From a bacterium UBP8_UBA817 (GTDB lineage Bacteria > Margulisbacteria > Marinamargulisbacteria > SXXA01 > SICP01), in assembly GCA_945888435.1 (NCBI GenBank), contig CAMCZW010000008.1, positions 2,235 to 66,234 of the forward strand: a DNA stretch of 64,000 nt. Reading direction: 5' to 3'. Both the position numbers and the translations under genes were made by a program. Below the pieces are notes generated by a model, which saw nothing but the letters and a program-made list of their open reading frames with translations, was not told the origin of the DNA and ran no database searches. Each line of letters opens with the position of its first letter. Position 1 is the stretch's first letter. Below are positions 9,606-19,902 of this stretch, in pieces.

Positions 9606-11876
9606 TCAGCCTAACGGGATTCGCGTTCTTACAAAATTAAGCGCCGATCCCGCCTTAAACCAGTCAATCTGAATATCGTTATAAGTATGCAAAATAGGGA
9701 TCATATCCAAAGTTCCATCCGCATGTCGTGCAATCACTCTCAACTGAGAGGCTGGAGAAAATGTTTCTAATCCTTCAATATCCAAAAGATCATCTTCCCT
9801 AATTTTGTCGTAATCCGTCGGATCCGCAAAAGTCAGGGCCAATAATCCTTGTTTTTTCAAATTGGATTCATGAATTCGCGCAAAAGATTTCACAAGCACC
9901 ACTCTCACCCACAGGTAACGGGGCTCCATAGCCGCATGCTCACGAGAAGACCCCTCTCCATAGTTCTCATCACCAACAACCACAGATCCGCGTCCTTTCG
10001 ACTTATAAAGCCGTGCCGTATCAGGTACCGGTCCGTAAGTCCCTGTCACCTGATTTTTAACCGAATTCGCTTGGCCATTAAATGCATTCATCGCACCAAT
10101 AAACATATTGTTAGAAATATTATCCAAGTGTCCGCGATAGGCCAGCCAAGGCCCTGCCATCGAAATATGGTCAGTCGTGCACTTTCCTTTCGCCTTAAGT
10201 AACAACGGCAATCCACGATAATGGGCAGACTCATACGCATCAAACGCATCAAGTAATTGCAAGCGATCCGATGTCGGACTCACCACAACCTGGATATGTC
10301 CACCGTTCGCAGCTGGTGCAACAAACCCCGCATCCTCAACATCAAAACCCCGTGTCGGAAGCTCATCCCCAGAAGGCGGCGCAAGCTTAACCTGTTGCCC
10401 AGATTCCGTCGTAATCGTGTCTGTCATTGGATTAAATAAAAGTGACCCTGCAAGCGCAAACGCAGTTACAATTTCTGGAGAAGCCACAAACGCACATGTA
10501 TTCGGGTTACCATCATTACGTTTCGCAAAGTTACGATTAAATGAAGTCATAATGGAGTTTTTACGATTAGGATCCGTCGTATGACGTGCCCACTGACCGA
10601 TACAAGGTCCACACGCATTCGCCAACACAACACCGCCAATCTGCTCAAATACACCGAGTATGCCATCGCGCTCTGTTGTAAATCTCACCATTTCTGATCC
10701 TGGAGTAATCGTAAATTCACTTTTGGCTTTAACGCCTTTATCCAAAGCTTGCTGTGCAACAGATGCCGCTCTCGCCATATCTTCATACGACGAATTGGTA
10801 CAAGATCCGATCAATCCAACTTCTAGTTTTTCAGGCCATCCATTTTGGTGCACCGCGTCTTTAAACTGAGATAATGGAGTCGCTAAATCGGGTGTAAAGG
10901 GTCCATTGATATACGGTTCAAGAGTCGATAAATCAATTTCAATCACTTGATCATAGTAGTCATCAGGAGTCGCAACGACTTCGGGATCCGGGCGTAAATG
11001 TTCTCTGATTCCATTGGCCAATGCCGCCACTTCCGCACGTCCGGTGGCGCTTAAGTAGTCCGCCATTCGATCATCAAATCCAAATACAGAAGTTGTGGCC
11101 CCAATCTCCGCACCCATATTACAAATGGTCCCTTTACCCGTACATGACAAGGCATCTGCACCGTCGCCAATATATTCAACAATCGCGCCAGTACCGCCTT
11201 TCACAGTCAAAATACCCGCGACTTTCAAAATAACGTCTTTAGGAGATGCCCAACCAGACAACTTCCCAGTCAATTTAACACCAATAAGTTTAGGAAATTT
11301 AAGCTCCCAAGGAAGTCCGGCCATCACATCCATCGCGTCCGCACCGCCAACCCCAATCGCAAGCATTCCAAGCCCACCCGCATTCGGAGTATGAGAGTCC
11401 GTACCAATCATTAATCCACCCGGAAACGCATAATTCTCAAGAACAACTTGGTGGATAATCCCCGCACCTGGCTTCCAAAATCCGATGCCATATTTATTAG
11501 AAACAGAGGCTAAAAAATTATAAACTTCTTTGTTATCTTTATTCGCAGTTTCCAAATCGGCTTTTGCCCCAACTTTCGCTTGGATTAAGTGATCACAATG
11601 CACAGTCGATGGGACCGACACTTTATCTTTACCGGCTTGCATAAACTGAAGCAACGCCATCTGAGCAGTCGCATCCTGCATGGCCACACGGTCAGGAGAA
11701 AAATTAACATAGTCTTTACCTCGGCCAAATGGACGAAATGGAAATACTTCCTGCAAATGGCTATATAAAACTTTCTCCGACAACGTCAAAGGACGACCCA
11801 ATAATTCGCGAGCCGCAGCCACCTTTTTAGGTAACTCCTGATACACTTTTTTAATCATATCCAAATCAAATACCAT
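9606..11876 (-). CDS. acn: Aconitate hydratase, mitochondrial-type (~750 aa)
   Basis: The ORF extends to 11954, but the Met at 11876 is preceded by AAGGAG. Aconitase family motifs are present (..[12 protein letters not shown].., ..[10 protein letters not shown].., C-terminal swivel domain). Its stop lies 1 nt from the hsdM start codon. Confidence 0.9.
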   Translation of the reverse strand: MVFDLDMIKKVYQELPKKVAAARELLGRPLTLSEKVLYSHLQEVFPFRPFGRGKDYVNFSPDRVAMQDATAQMALLQFMQAGKDKVSVPSTVHCDHLIQAKVGAKADLETANKDNKEVYNFLASVSNKYGIGFWKPGAGIIHQVVLENYAFPGGLMIGTDSHTPNAGGLGMLAIGVGGADAMDVMAGLPWELKFPKLIGVKLTGKLSGWASPKDVILKVAGILTVKGGTGAIVEYIGDGADALSCTGKGTICNMGAEIGATTSVFGFDDRMADYLSATGRAEVAALANGIREHLRPDPEVVATPDDYYDQVIEIDLSTLEPYINGPFTPDLATPLSQFKDAVHQNGWPEKLEVGLIGSCTNSSYEDMARAASVAQQALDKGVKAKSEFTITPGSEMVRFTTERDGILGVFEQIGGVVLANACGPCIGQWARHTTDPNRKNSIMTSFNRNFAKRNDGNPNTCAFVASPEIVTAFALAGSLLFNPMTDTITTESGQQVKLAPPSGDELPTRGFDVEDAGFVAPAANGGHIQVVVSPTSDRLQLLDAFDAYESAHYRGLPLLLKAKGKCTTDHISMAGPWLAYRGHLDNISNNMFIGAMNAFNGQANSVKNQVTGTYGPVPDTARLYKSKGRGSVVVGDENYGEGSSREHAAMEPRYLWVRVVLVKSFARIHESNLKKQGLLALTFADPTDYDKIREDDLLDIEGLETFSPASQLRVIARHADGTLDMIPILHTYNDIQIDWFKAGSALNFVRTRIPLG

Positions 11877-11965
11877 TTTAAGCTCCTTAACTGAACACCA
11901 GGGAATATAGATAATGTAAGCGTATCGATTATAACGCCGCAGAAAAGAAAACAAAATAGATTAAA

Positions 11966-12253
11966 GTGAAATATTTACTTGACAACTTGATAAGAAAAGA
12001 AAATAATAAATATATGGATAAAACAGAATTAAGTGTCGGCGAATTAAAAGCTCATTTTTCAGAAGTCCTAGAAAAAGTACAACAAGGACACCAGATTACG
12101 ATTCTATTTGGAAAGCAAAAAACACCCGTCGCAGAAATCATTCCCTTAACACAAAAAAAATCTCCAATAAGATTAGGGTCCTTATCAAAAAAAGCATCTT
12201 TCAAAATAAATCCAGGATTCAAAATGACCGAAGACGAATTTCTAAATTCATGA
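11966..12253 (+). CDS. Type II antitoxin (Phd/YefM-like), partner of the downstream PIN toxin
   Basis: A small ORF sits immediately upstream of the PIN-domain gene and overlaps it by 4 nt (ATGA). The real start may be the internal Met at 12014. Confidence 0.55.
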   Translation: MKYLLDNLIRKENNKYMDKTELSVGELKAHFSEVLEKVQQGHQITILFGKQKTPVAEIIPLTQKKSPIRLGSLSKKASFKINPGFKMTEDEFLNS

Positions 12254-12648
12254 AAATCCTAATTGATACCCACATATTATTATGGGCAATTTTTGACCCA
12301 TCCAAGCTCTCTAAAAAAGAAAGTGCTATTATAAAAAATCCAGAAAATATCATTCTGGTAAGCGCAGCTTCATTATGGGAAATCAGCCTCAAATATTCAA
12401 AAGGTCAGCTCAACTTAGTCAGGTGTATTCCCACTGCACTACCTTCGATTCTTGTTGAAGACGGTTTTGAGCTAATTGATCTAACCCCTCAAGAAACAGC
12501 CGGAAGTTTTATTCTCCCAAAAACCACACATTCGGACCCATTCGATCGCATGATCATTTGGCAGGCAATATTTCGGCAAATACCCCTACTAACCAGAGAT
12601 GAAAAATTAAAAGAATATACAAACTATGGGCTTCAGCTCGCCTTCTAA
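12250..12648 (+). CDS. vapC: PIN-domain ribonuclease toxin (VapC-like)
   Basis: 132 aa with an N-terminal MKILIDTHILLW.. PIN signature and acidic residues. It is paired with the upstream antitoxin. Confidence 0.8.
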   Translation: MKILIDTHILLWAIFDPSKLSKKESAIIKNPENIILVSAASLWEISLKYSKGQLNLVRCIPTALPSILVEDGFELIDLTPQETAGSFILPKTTHSDPFDRMIIWQAIFRQIPLLTRDEKLKEYTNYGLQLAF

Positions 12649-13439
12649 AGAATTTCCTTAATCTGATAATACAATTCCAAAAACTCGTCCAACGCCAGTA
12701 ATTCACCTCTAATCATCGGATTTTTAATAAAAAATGGGATTGCCTTAATCAATGGCGAAAATTTTGTATGAGGAGATTCAATTAAGCATTTCACCAAAAT
12801 CTTCCGACGCCCCCAAAATGACGCCCTCACAATATTAAAAAAGAAATCCCGATCAATTCCCTCAGGCAACCGGTCATGAGGCACCAAATGCAACATCGCC
12901 GAGTCCACATTGGGCACTGGCCTAAACGATTGCCGCGAAATTAAAAACGAAATCGACGCATCAAAATGCGCCTGGGTATACACCGCCAACGACGTATAAT
13001 CTTTATCCCCTGGCTTGGCCACTAACTTTTTAGCAAATTCCTTTTGCACCATAATCAATGCCGACACCAATCGATGACGATCTTCCACCAACTGCTGGAC
13101 GATTTTAGCCGAAATATAATACGGAATATTGGCCACCAACTTTACTTTAGGCGCTGTCACCTGAGAAAACCCAGTCTTTAAAAAATCACATAAAATATAG
13201 TCAACCGTTTTAATCGGCTCTAGCCTCACTTTTGTTTCAGCCAAAAACCGCTCATCAATTTCAATAATGGCAAGTGACTTAGCCGCTTCCGCTAGCCTAA
13301 ACGACAACCATCCTTCGCCACACCCGATTTCAGCCACATCATCGTCAGCACTAATCCCAGCTTCACGAATAATTTTATCGATAATATTTTTATCTTTAAT
13401 AAACACCTGACCCAAGTGTTTTTTGGTGAAATTTTTCAT
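12645..13439 (-). CDS. rsmA: 16S rRNA (adenine1518/1519-N6)-dimethyltransferase RsmA/KsgA
   Basis: 264 aa with a SAM-binding motif (VAEIGCGEGWLS) and the KsgA family. It lies downstream of pdxA as in the enterobacterial pdxA-ksgA arrangement. Confidence 0.9.
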   Translation of the reverse strand: MKNFTKKHLGQVFIKDKNIIDKIIREAGISADDDVAEIGCGEGWLSFRLAEAAKSLAIIEIDERFLAETKVRLEPIKTVDYILCDFLKTGFSQVTAPKVKLVANIPYYISAKIVQQLVEDRHRLVSALIMVQKEFAKKLVAKPGDKDYTSLAVYTQAHFDASISFLISRQSFRPVPNVDSAMLHLVPHDRLPEGIDRDFFFNIVRASFWGRRKILVKCLIESPHTKFSPLIKAIPFFIKNPMIRGELLALDEFLELYYQIKEIL

Positions 13440-14392
13440 TATGCCATCATCTCCACAGCCAATCGAGCCGCTGCAATAAACGACGACGGATTCGCCTGAT
13501 CCTGATAGGCAATGTCATAAGCCGTCCCATGATCAGGTGACGTCCTCACAAACGGAAGCCCAATCGTGACATTCACAGCATCATGAAATCCAATCAATTT
13601 CACAGGAATCAACCCTTGATCATGATAAAGCGAAATTACCATATCAAATTCACCTTCATAGGCCCTAAAGTACAAGGTATCCGGCGGATAAGGTCCAGAA
13701 ATCGCAATTCCCAATCCCCGCTTCTCAGCCACAAAAGGGATAATAACCTCCTGTTCTTCATCCCCAAACATCCCGCCTTCCCCAGCATGAGGATTAAATC
13801 CCGCTATCGCAATTTTCGGCGATTCAATCCCCAATTGAGCACAAAATAAAATCGCATGGTCCAAAGTCTCAGATAATCGCTGATGAGTCAGCATTTCAGA
13901 CACTTTTTTTAAAGGAACATGAACGGTAGTAAGAACGGTTTTCAGACGAGGAGTATAAAACCCCATCGTCACATAGGGCGCTTTGGCAAGATGCTGTAAA
14001 TAAGTCGTATGCCCCGTATGTTTAATCCCTGCCAATTGAAGCGACATTTTAGAAATCGGCGCCGTCACAATCCCATTCACAATCCCCAGGTCCACCAGTC
14101 TCACAGCGTCTTCAATCGCCGCAGCCGCAGCCTGACCATTATGTGCATCATCCTGCCCAATCACAGGGACATCAAAATGAAATCCAATATCCAAATGATA
14201 AGTTTTGCCCAATTCAAACACCGTATCTGGCGTCCAACTTTCAAAAACCAAGTCACTCAATCGATTAAGCGGCCATCTCGGCCCAATAATCAAAGGAACA
14301 ACCCCCATCGAGTGAACCGCCGAAATCGATTTCACAACGACTTCAGGGCCAATCCCCCCAGGATCACCACAGGTTAATGCCAATACTTTCAT
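13439..14392 (-). CDS. pdxA: 4-hydroxythreonine-4-phosphate dehydrogenase PdxA
   Basis: 317 aa. It has ..LTCGDPGGIGPEV.. and ..GFNPHAGEGG.., which are PdxA signatures. Confidence 0.9.
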   Translation of the reverse strand: MKVLALTCGDPGGIGPEVVVKSISAVHSMGVVPLIIGPRWPLNRLSDLVFESWTPDTVFELGKTYHLDIGFHFDVPVIGQDDAHNGQAAAAAIEDAVRLVDLGIVNGIVTAPISKMSLQLAGIKHTGHTTYLQHLAKAPYVTMGFYTPRLKTVLTTVHVPLKKVSEMLTHQRLSETLDHAILFCAQLGIESPKIAIAGFNPHAGEGGMFGDEEQEVIIPFVAEKRGLGIAISGPYPPDTLYFRAYEGEFDMVISLYHDQGLIPVKLIGFHDAVNVTIGLPFVRTSPDHGTAYDIAYQDQANPSSFIAAARLAVEMMA

Positions 14393-14398
14393 ATCAAG

Positions 14399-14698
14399 TT
14401 AACAGACTTTAATCTGTCCAACCCCTTCCAAGTTAGCCAATCTCTTAAAAAATAAATGCTGAATTAAAGGTGTGGACCGATGTACAACAGTAAAATAAAT
14501 AACATCCTGATGACGAACAAGCGATTTATCAACAACATTCAGCGAAAATCCTCTCAAAATCGAATTCAAGATCTCCAATAATTCGGCAGACTCAAGTTCC
14601 ATCGTAAGTGTATAAACCTCTAATTGAGGAGAATCCCGCTTTTCTCCAAGAAGAATTCCAAAAAGAAGCGCGCCAACTAATAAAAATAACAATTCCAT
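14399..14698 (-). CDS. Hypothetical small protein with N-terminal transmembrane helix
   Basis: 99-aa ORF with a hydrophobic N-terminus (LLFLLVGALLFGILL). No recognisable family. Confidence 0.3.
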   Translation of the reverse strand: MELLFLLVGALLFGILLGEKRDSPQLEVYTLTMELESAELLEILNSILRGFSLNVVDKSLVRHQDVIYFTVVHRSTPLIQHLFFKRLANLEGVGQIKVC

Positions 14699-14790
14699 GA
14701 TTGGTCATTATACCCGACCTTGAAGTAAAAAATACTACAAAGTATTCTCTATCTTAATTTCATCATTAATATAGTAGTACGGAGGCCATT

Positions 14791-16482
14791 ATGACTGCCG
14801 ATTCCAACCAATTTCCACGACCTTTTTCATCCCAAATAGTAGATGGTGCCGACCGTGCCGCCTCTCGAGCTATGCTACGAGCTGTCGGATTTAACGATCA
14901 AGATTTCAAAAAACCTCAAATCGGTATTGCATCAACATGGAGCATGGTCACGCCTTGCAATATGCACATTCACGGCCTCGCCAAAGAAGCCGAAAAAGGC
15001 GCTAATGACGCCGGCGGAAAAGCAGTCATTTTTAACACCATCACTATTTCAGACGGAATTTCCATGGGCACTCAAGGCATGAAATATTCCCTAGTATCCA
15101 GGGAAGTCATCGCCGACTCCATCGAAACCGTCGCTGGTTGCGAAGGCTTTGACGGCATCGTCGCTATCGGTGGCTGCGATAAAAATATGCCTGCCTGTAT
15201 CATGGGTATTACTCGCTTAAATCGCCCATCAGTTTTTGTCTACGGCGGTACAATTTTACCCGGATATCACAATCAAAAAGATATCGACGTCGTTTCAGTA
15301 TTCGAAGCCGTCGGTGCCCATGCCAACCACGCCATCGATGATGAAGAACTCCATAAAATCGAATCTTGCGCCATCCCAGGTCCCGGGGCCTGTGGTGGAA
15401 TGTACACCGCCAACACCATGGCCTCAGCTATCGAAGCCCTCGGAATGAGTCTACCAAATAGCTCAGCCCAGGCCGCAGTATCCGATGCCAAAAAAATAGA
15501 CTGTCAAAATGCCGGTAAAGCAGTGTTAGCCCTGCTCAAAGCCAATATCACTCCAAAAGATATTATGACTAAAAATGCCTTTGAAAACGCCATCACCGTC
15601 GTGACCGCACTCGGTGGCTCAACCAACGCAGTTCTTCACTTACTCGCCATGGCCAAAACAGCCGGCGTCCCACTCAATCTAGACGACTTTACCCGCGTCG
15701 GAAAACGAGTCCCCGTACTCGCAGACTTAAGACCCAGCGGAAAATACGCCATGTCTAAATTAGTGGCGATCGGCGGTGTCACACCTCTCATGAAACGCCT
15801 TCTCGACGCAGGCTTACTTCACGGAGATTGCCTAACAGTTACCGGTAAAACCCTCGCAGAAAACCTAAAAGATGTTCAAGATTACCCAGAAGGGCAAGAT
15901 ATTATTCGCCCCCTCACTGATCCCCTCAAAAAAGATAGTCACTTAGTCATCTGCTACGGAAATCTGGCACCAAAAGGTGCAGTCGCCAAAATTTCCGGTA
16001 AAGAAGGCCTCAAATTTATCGGAAACGCCCGCGTATTTGAATCAGAAGAAATCGCCCTCAAAAAAATCCTAGATGGCACAATCCAAAAACGTGACGTCAT
16101 CGTCATTAGATACGAAGGCCCCAAAGGCGGCCCAGGCATGAGAGAAATGCTCTCCCCTACTTCTGCAGTAATGGGTAAAGGCTTAGGTAAAGACGTCGCC
16201 CTCATCACAGACGGGCGCTTCTCCGGCGGCACCCACGGATTCGTCGTCGGTCACATCACACCAGAAGCCTTTGATGGTGGCCCACTCGCCATCGTCCAAG
16301 ACGGCGACCAAATTACCATTGATGCCGAAAAGCAAGCCCTCACACTTCACATATCCGATGAAGAAATCGCAGCACGTCTCAGCAAATGGGTACAACCAGC
16401 GCCCAATATTACGTATGGGGTTCTCGCCAAATACGCAAAACTGGTCAGCTCCGCATCCGAAGGCGCCGTCACCGACGCATAA
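14791..16482 (+). CDS. ilvD: Dihydroxy-acid dehydratase IlvD
   Basis: 563 aa of the ILVD/EDD family (..CDKNMPA.., ..SGGTHGF..). GGAGG lies 7 nt upstream of the start. Confidence 0.95.
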   Translation: MTADSNQFPRPFSSQIVDGADRAASRAMLRAVGFNDQDFKKPQIGIASTWSMVTPCNMHIHGLAKEAEKGANDAGGKAVIFNTITISDGISMGTQGMKYSLVSREVIADSIETVAGCEGFDGIVAIGGCDKNMPACIMGITRLNRPSVFVYGGTILPGYHNQKDIDVVSVFEAVGAHANHAIDDEELHKIESCAIPGPGACGGMYTANTMASAIEALGMSLPNSSAQAAVSDAKKIDCQNAGKAVLALLKANITPKDIMTKNAFENAITVVTALGGSTNAVLHLLAMAKTAGVPLNLDDFTRVGKRVPVLADLRPSGKYAMSKLVAIGGVTPLMKRLLDAGLLHGDCLTVTGKTLAENLKDVQDYPEGQDIIRPLTDPLKKDSHLVICYGNLAPKGAVAKISGKEGLKFIGNARVFESEEIALKKILDGTIQKRDVIVIRYEGPKGGPGMREMLSPTSAVMGKGLGKDVALITDGRFSGGTHGFVVGHITPEAFDGGPLAIVQDGDQITIDAEKQALTLHISDEEIAARLSKWVQPAPNITYGVLAKYAKLVSSASEGAVTDA

Positions 16483-16796
16483 TGACGCCTTACAGTATCG
16501 TCCTCACCACGCTGCCTGATCAAGAAACAGCCAGGCAGCTAGCCTCAGTTATTCTCAACCATCATCTCGGGGCCTGTGTTCAAATTATAGGCCCCATCGA
16601 AAGTCACTATATTTGGGAAGGCAAAGCCGAGCAAAGCACCGAGTTCCAACTTTCCATCAAAACCAAAGAAGTGCTCTACCCAAAACTCGAAGAGCTAATC
16701 AAAACCAACCATCCCTACCAATGTCCCGAAATCATTCAAATCCCAATATCAAGGGGATCAACAGACTACCTTAACTGGATAAAAACAACCGTATAA
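16482..16796 (+). CDS. cutA: Divalent-cation tolerance protein CutA
   Basis: 104 aa starting [12 protein letters not shown].., a CutA1 fold. Its start overlaps the ilvD stop (TAATG). The listed ORF at 16386 is an upstream extension. Confidence 0.8.
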   Translation: MTPYSIVLTTLPDQETARQLASVILNHHLGACVQIIGPIESHYIWEGKAEQSTEFQLSIKTKEVLYPKLEELIKTNHPYQCPEIIQIPISRGSTDYLNWIKTTV

Positions 16797-16798
16797 AA

Positions 16799-16824
16799 GC
16801 CCCTCTTTTGAAAAGAGAGGGGTT
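16799..16824. terminator. GC-rich hairpin between convergent cutA and ppiD-like genes (likely rho-independent terminator, mainly for the minus-strand gene)
   Basis: cccctcttt-tgaaa-agagagggg inverted repeat. On the minus strand it is followed by CTTTTAT. Confidence 0.5.
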
Positions 16825-16853
16825 GGGGTGAGTATTAACCCAGTCTGTATAGG

Positions 16854-18317
16854 TTATTTTTGTTGAGGCTGTTGAACCTGCTTAGCCTGCTGCGCTTTCA
16901 CCGCTTCAGAAATCTTCGCTTCTAAGGCAATGGCCAATTGATTAAATTTGGCCTTCTGAGCATCCGATCCCATTTTTTGGATCAAAGGTTTTAACTGTTG
17001 TAAGGCCAAATAGTCATTCTCAGAAAGAGAAAGCGCTTTATCCAAACTCAATTTAACGTTGCTAGGATCTTTCTCTAAAGAATGAATGTACGCAAGCATC
17101 ATATGGACCGAAGCCAAATCATAAGACGCATTCAATTCACCTTTCACAGAGGCTTTCAATAATTCATCTTTCGCTAAGGCCCCCTGCCCTTCAGAAAGAT
17201 AAATCTGAGCAATAAAGGAATGAGGTAATGCAGAATTTGGCATCAAAGAAACCGCACGTTGATACGCCCCTCTCGCCGCTTCTAATTTCCCTTCGCGCTT
17301 ACGGTGATGCCCTTCTAAAAACGGGTCTGAAAATTCAAATGTTTTACCAGCCAATTGAGTCTGTAAATAAGCTTCAGAAACTTGCTGCCGTTTTTGAGAT
17401 AAAATCGTTTGCTTCTCTCGGTCATAATTCAAGTCCAAAGGACGAAGCCGATCCCGTTTACCAGCCACCTTAATGATATGGTAGCCAAATCGGGTCAAAA
17501 AGGGTTGAGACACTTCGCCAATTTTTAAAGAATGCATCACATCATACATCGCCGGTATCACATCCTGACCTAGCCACCCCAAACGTCCACCAGATTGCTT
17601 AGAAGACTCGTCATCACTATAAAGACGAACTGCCTCATTAAAATCGAGCCCTTGCGCAATTTTAGACCGCACTTCACTAGAAAAAGTAGCCGCCTGAGGT
17701 AATTTACGCTCAGGTGTAATACGAAATAATATATGCTGAACATCCACATCCGTATATTTACGATCCACATCCACATCAGACACTGTGACTTTAGATTGCA
17801 AAAGCCCCATAAATTTTTGGACCTCTAAATCTTGTTTTTGAGAGTTCACAAAATCTTTATACTTCATCTGACGTTCTTTCAGTTTCTTTTTAAATTCACT
17901 TTCAGATTTAAAGCCCATTTGAGGAAGAATCGCGGTCATATGTTGCTTAAGTTCAGCCTTAGTCACTTTAACTTTACTGTCACTCGCACCTTTTTGCATG
18001 ACTAAATATTGAACAGATTTAGAAAACGCATCCATTTGAAGCCATTCCAGAACTTCAGGAGAAGGCACCTGAAAGGGTCGAGAAATCTGAAATGAATAGA
18101 CATTTTCATTGAGATATTGATCATAAATAGATCGATCAACTTGAATATCCCCAGCGACCGCGATCACACCTTCCGATGGTTTGTGAGACATCGATTTACT
18201 CGGCGCATTCCCTGAAAAAAGACCCTGCAATACAATCCCAGAGATCGTAGTTACTAAAAAAATGATAATAATAACCCAAACCACTTTGGTCGAGTGTTTT
18301 CTAAAAAATTCGATCAT
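16854..18317 (-). CDS. Membrane-anchored parvulin-type peptidyl-prolyl isomerase (PpiD/SurA-like chaperone) with C-terminal TPR-like region
   Basis: It has an N-terminal TM helix, a PpiC/parvulin domain (..GGRLGWLGQDV..FGYHIIKV..) and a Q-rich tail. The start is chosen at 18317 (AGGAG upstream); the ORF extends to 18362. Confidence 0.7.
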   Translation of the reverse strand: MIEFFRKHSTKVVWVIIIIFLVTTISGIVLQGLFSGNAPSKSMSHKPSEGVIAVAGDIQVDRSIYDQYLNENVYSFQISRPFQVPSPEVLEWLQMDAFSKSVQYLVMQKGASDSKVKVTKAELKQHMTAILPQMGFKSESEFKKKLKERQMKYKDFVNSQKQDLEVQKFMGLLQSKVTVSDVDVDRKYTDVDVQHILFRITPERKLPQAATFSSEVRSKIAQGLDFNEAVRLYSDDESSKQSGGRLGWLGQDVIPAMYDVMHSLKIGEVSQPFLTRFGYHIIKVAGKRDRLRPLDLNYDREKQTILSQKRQQVSEAYLQTQLAGKTFEFSDPFLEGHHRKREGKLEAARGAYQRAVSLMPNSALPHSFIAQIYLSEGQGALAKDELLKASVKGELNASYDLASVHMMLAYIHSLEKDPSNVKLSLDKALSLSENDYLALQQLKPLIQKMGSDAQKAKFNQLAIALEAKISEAVKAQQAKQVQQPQQK

Positions 18318-18327
18318 CGGTAAGCTC

Positions 18328-19215
18328 CTAATATTTGGTTTTAAGGGTACGGGATACGGCAATAAACGCGCCTACAGTACCTAAAAATATACCAGCACCC
18401 GTAATTGCAAAGTAAACATATCTCAATGTCACCGGATCATAAACCAGCGGGACAAAAGGAACTTTTTTCTGAAATTCAATCGCCAAATAAGAGTACATCG
18501 GCCTCAAAATCCCAACGGATAATAAAGACCCTATCACTCCAATTAAAAACCCTTCAATCAAAAAAGGAGCCCGTATAAACGGATTAGTAGCCCCAACCAA
18601 TTGCATAATTTCAATCTCCGCCTGACGGGCAATGACCGTTAATCGAATCGTATTCATAACAATCATCAAAGTCGCCATCGTCAAAAGCCCAACCAAAATA
18701 TATCCAGAATATCTGCAAAAACGATATAACATTTGGATACGTTCAGCCATAATATCGCCATAAGTCACATCTTCAACATACTCTTCAATCGACGATAAAT
18801 ACTTCGCAAAAGAGACAAATTGAGAGTCATCCACAACAAAGACACGAAATGAATTAGGCAGTGGATTCTGAGTAATCATTTCGCCCAATGCCATCGTCGG
18901 ATAAGACGTCTGGAATTGCTTCCATCCTTCTTCCCGACTTACATATTCTAATTTTTTCACCTGTGGCATAGCTCTTAATCGATCTCTAAACATGGACACA
19001 TCAGATTCGCCAACCGAATCCTTTAAATACACTCTAATTTCAAGTTTAGACGCCATAAAATTAGCCAAATGTGTAATATTGACACTCACTAATAAAAAAA
19101 TACCAAATACCAAAAGAGAAACCGTCACTGTGGCCACTGAAATCACAATCATCATGCCAGACCGTCTCATGCCATTAACGGCTTCAGTCAAAAAGAAAAC
19201 GATATCATTTAACAT
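18328..19215 (-). CDS. ftsX: Cell-division ABC transporter permease FtsX
   Basis: 295 aa with 4 TM segments and the FtsX family N-terminus (..LTEAVNGMRRSG..). It lies immediately downstream of ftsE. Confidence 0.85.
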   Translation of the reverse strand: MLNDIVFFLTEAVNGMRRSGMMIVISVATVTVSLLVFGIFLLVSVNITHLANFMASKLEIRVYLKDSVGESDVSMFRDRLRAMPQVKKLEYVSREEGWKQFQTSYPTMALGEMITQNPLPNSFRVFVVDDSQFVSFAKYLSSIEEYVEDVTYGDIMAERIQMLYRFCRYSGYILVGLLTMATLMIVMNTIRLTVIARQAEIEIMQLVGATNPFIRAPFLIEGFLIGVIGSLLSVGILRPMYSYLAIEFQKKVPFVPLVYDPVTLRYVYFAITGAGIFLGTVGAFIAVSRTLKTKY

Positions 19216-19221
19216 CTAAAG

Positions 19222-19902
19222 TTACCCATCATAAGTACCAAAATGCTTATCTCGGACAATTTTTCCAGATTCCAGTACAACTACACGCTTACGGATATCG
19301 TCCACTATACTCTTGTTATGAGTCGCCACCAACACCGTCGTTTGGCGAGAATTAATCTTGCTCAGTAGCTGCATAATCTCCCAAGAAGTCTCCGGGTCCA
19401 AGCTGCCAGTCGGCTCATCCGCAAGCAAAATCGGAGGATTGTTCACAATCGCCCTGGCAATACAAATACGTTGCTGCTCACCACCCGACAACTCCGCGGT
19501 CACATGGTTTACTTTTTCAGACAATCCAACCAATTCCAACACCTGCGACACATGGCGATGGATCCGTGATCTTGGATAATGCATTACACGTAACGCAAAT
19601 GCCACATTGTCATACACAGTACGACCTGGCAAAAGCTTATAATCCTGAAAAATCATTCCGATATTACGTCTATAATATGGAACTTGAGCAGGCTTAAGAT
19701 GATTGAGCGAAAAATTATCGATATAGATATCACCAGAAGTCGGTAATTCCGATCTAAAAATAACGTCCAGCAAAGTCGATTTGCCAGCACCAGAAGGCCC
19801 AACTAAATAAATAAATTCCCCCTTGCCCACATGTAAATCAATATTATCCAAGGCCAAAAAGCCATTCGGATATTTTTTTACAAGTTTCTTAATCCTAATC
19901 AC
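19222..19902 (-). CDS. ftsE: Cell-division ABC transporter ATPase FtsE
   Basis: 226 aa with Walker A GPSGAGKST, the ABC signature LSGGEQQR and Walker B ILLADEPT. Confidence 0.9.
   Translation of the reverse strand: MIRIKKLVKKYPNGFLALDNIDLHVGKGEFIYLVGPSGAGKSTLLDVIFRSELPTSGDIYIDNFSLNHLKPAQVPYYRRNIGMIFQDYKLLPGRTVYDNVAFALRVMHYPRSRIHRHVSQVLELVGLSEKVNHVTAELSGGEQQRICIARAIVNNPPILLADEPTGSLDPETSWEIMQLLSKINSRQTTVLVATHNKSIVDDIRKRVVVLESGKIVRDKHFGTYDG

Noticed and set aside
11877-11954. N-terminal extension of the aconitase ORF ([26 protein letters not shown])
   Set aside because: The Met at 11876 is preceded by AAGGAG at ideal spacing, and the conserved aconitase sequence begins there. The extension is probably untranslated.
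16386-16481. 136-aa version of cutA ORF with Arg-rich N-terminus
   Set aside because: This stretch is out-of-frame read-through of the ilvD 3' end. The CutA fold starts at the Met at 16482, which overlaps the ilvD stop.
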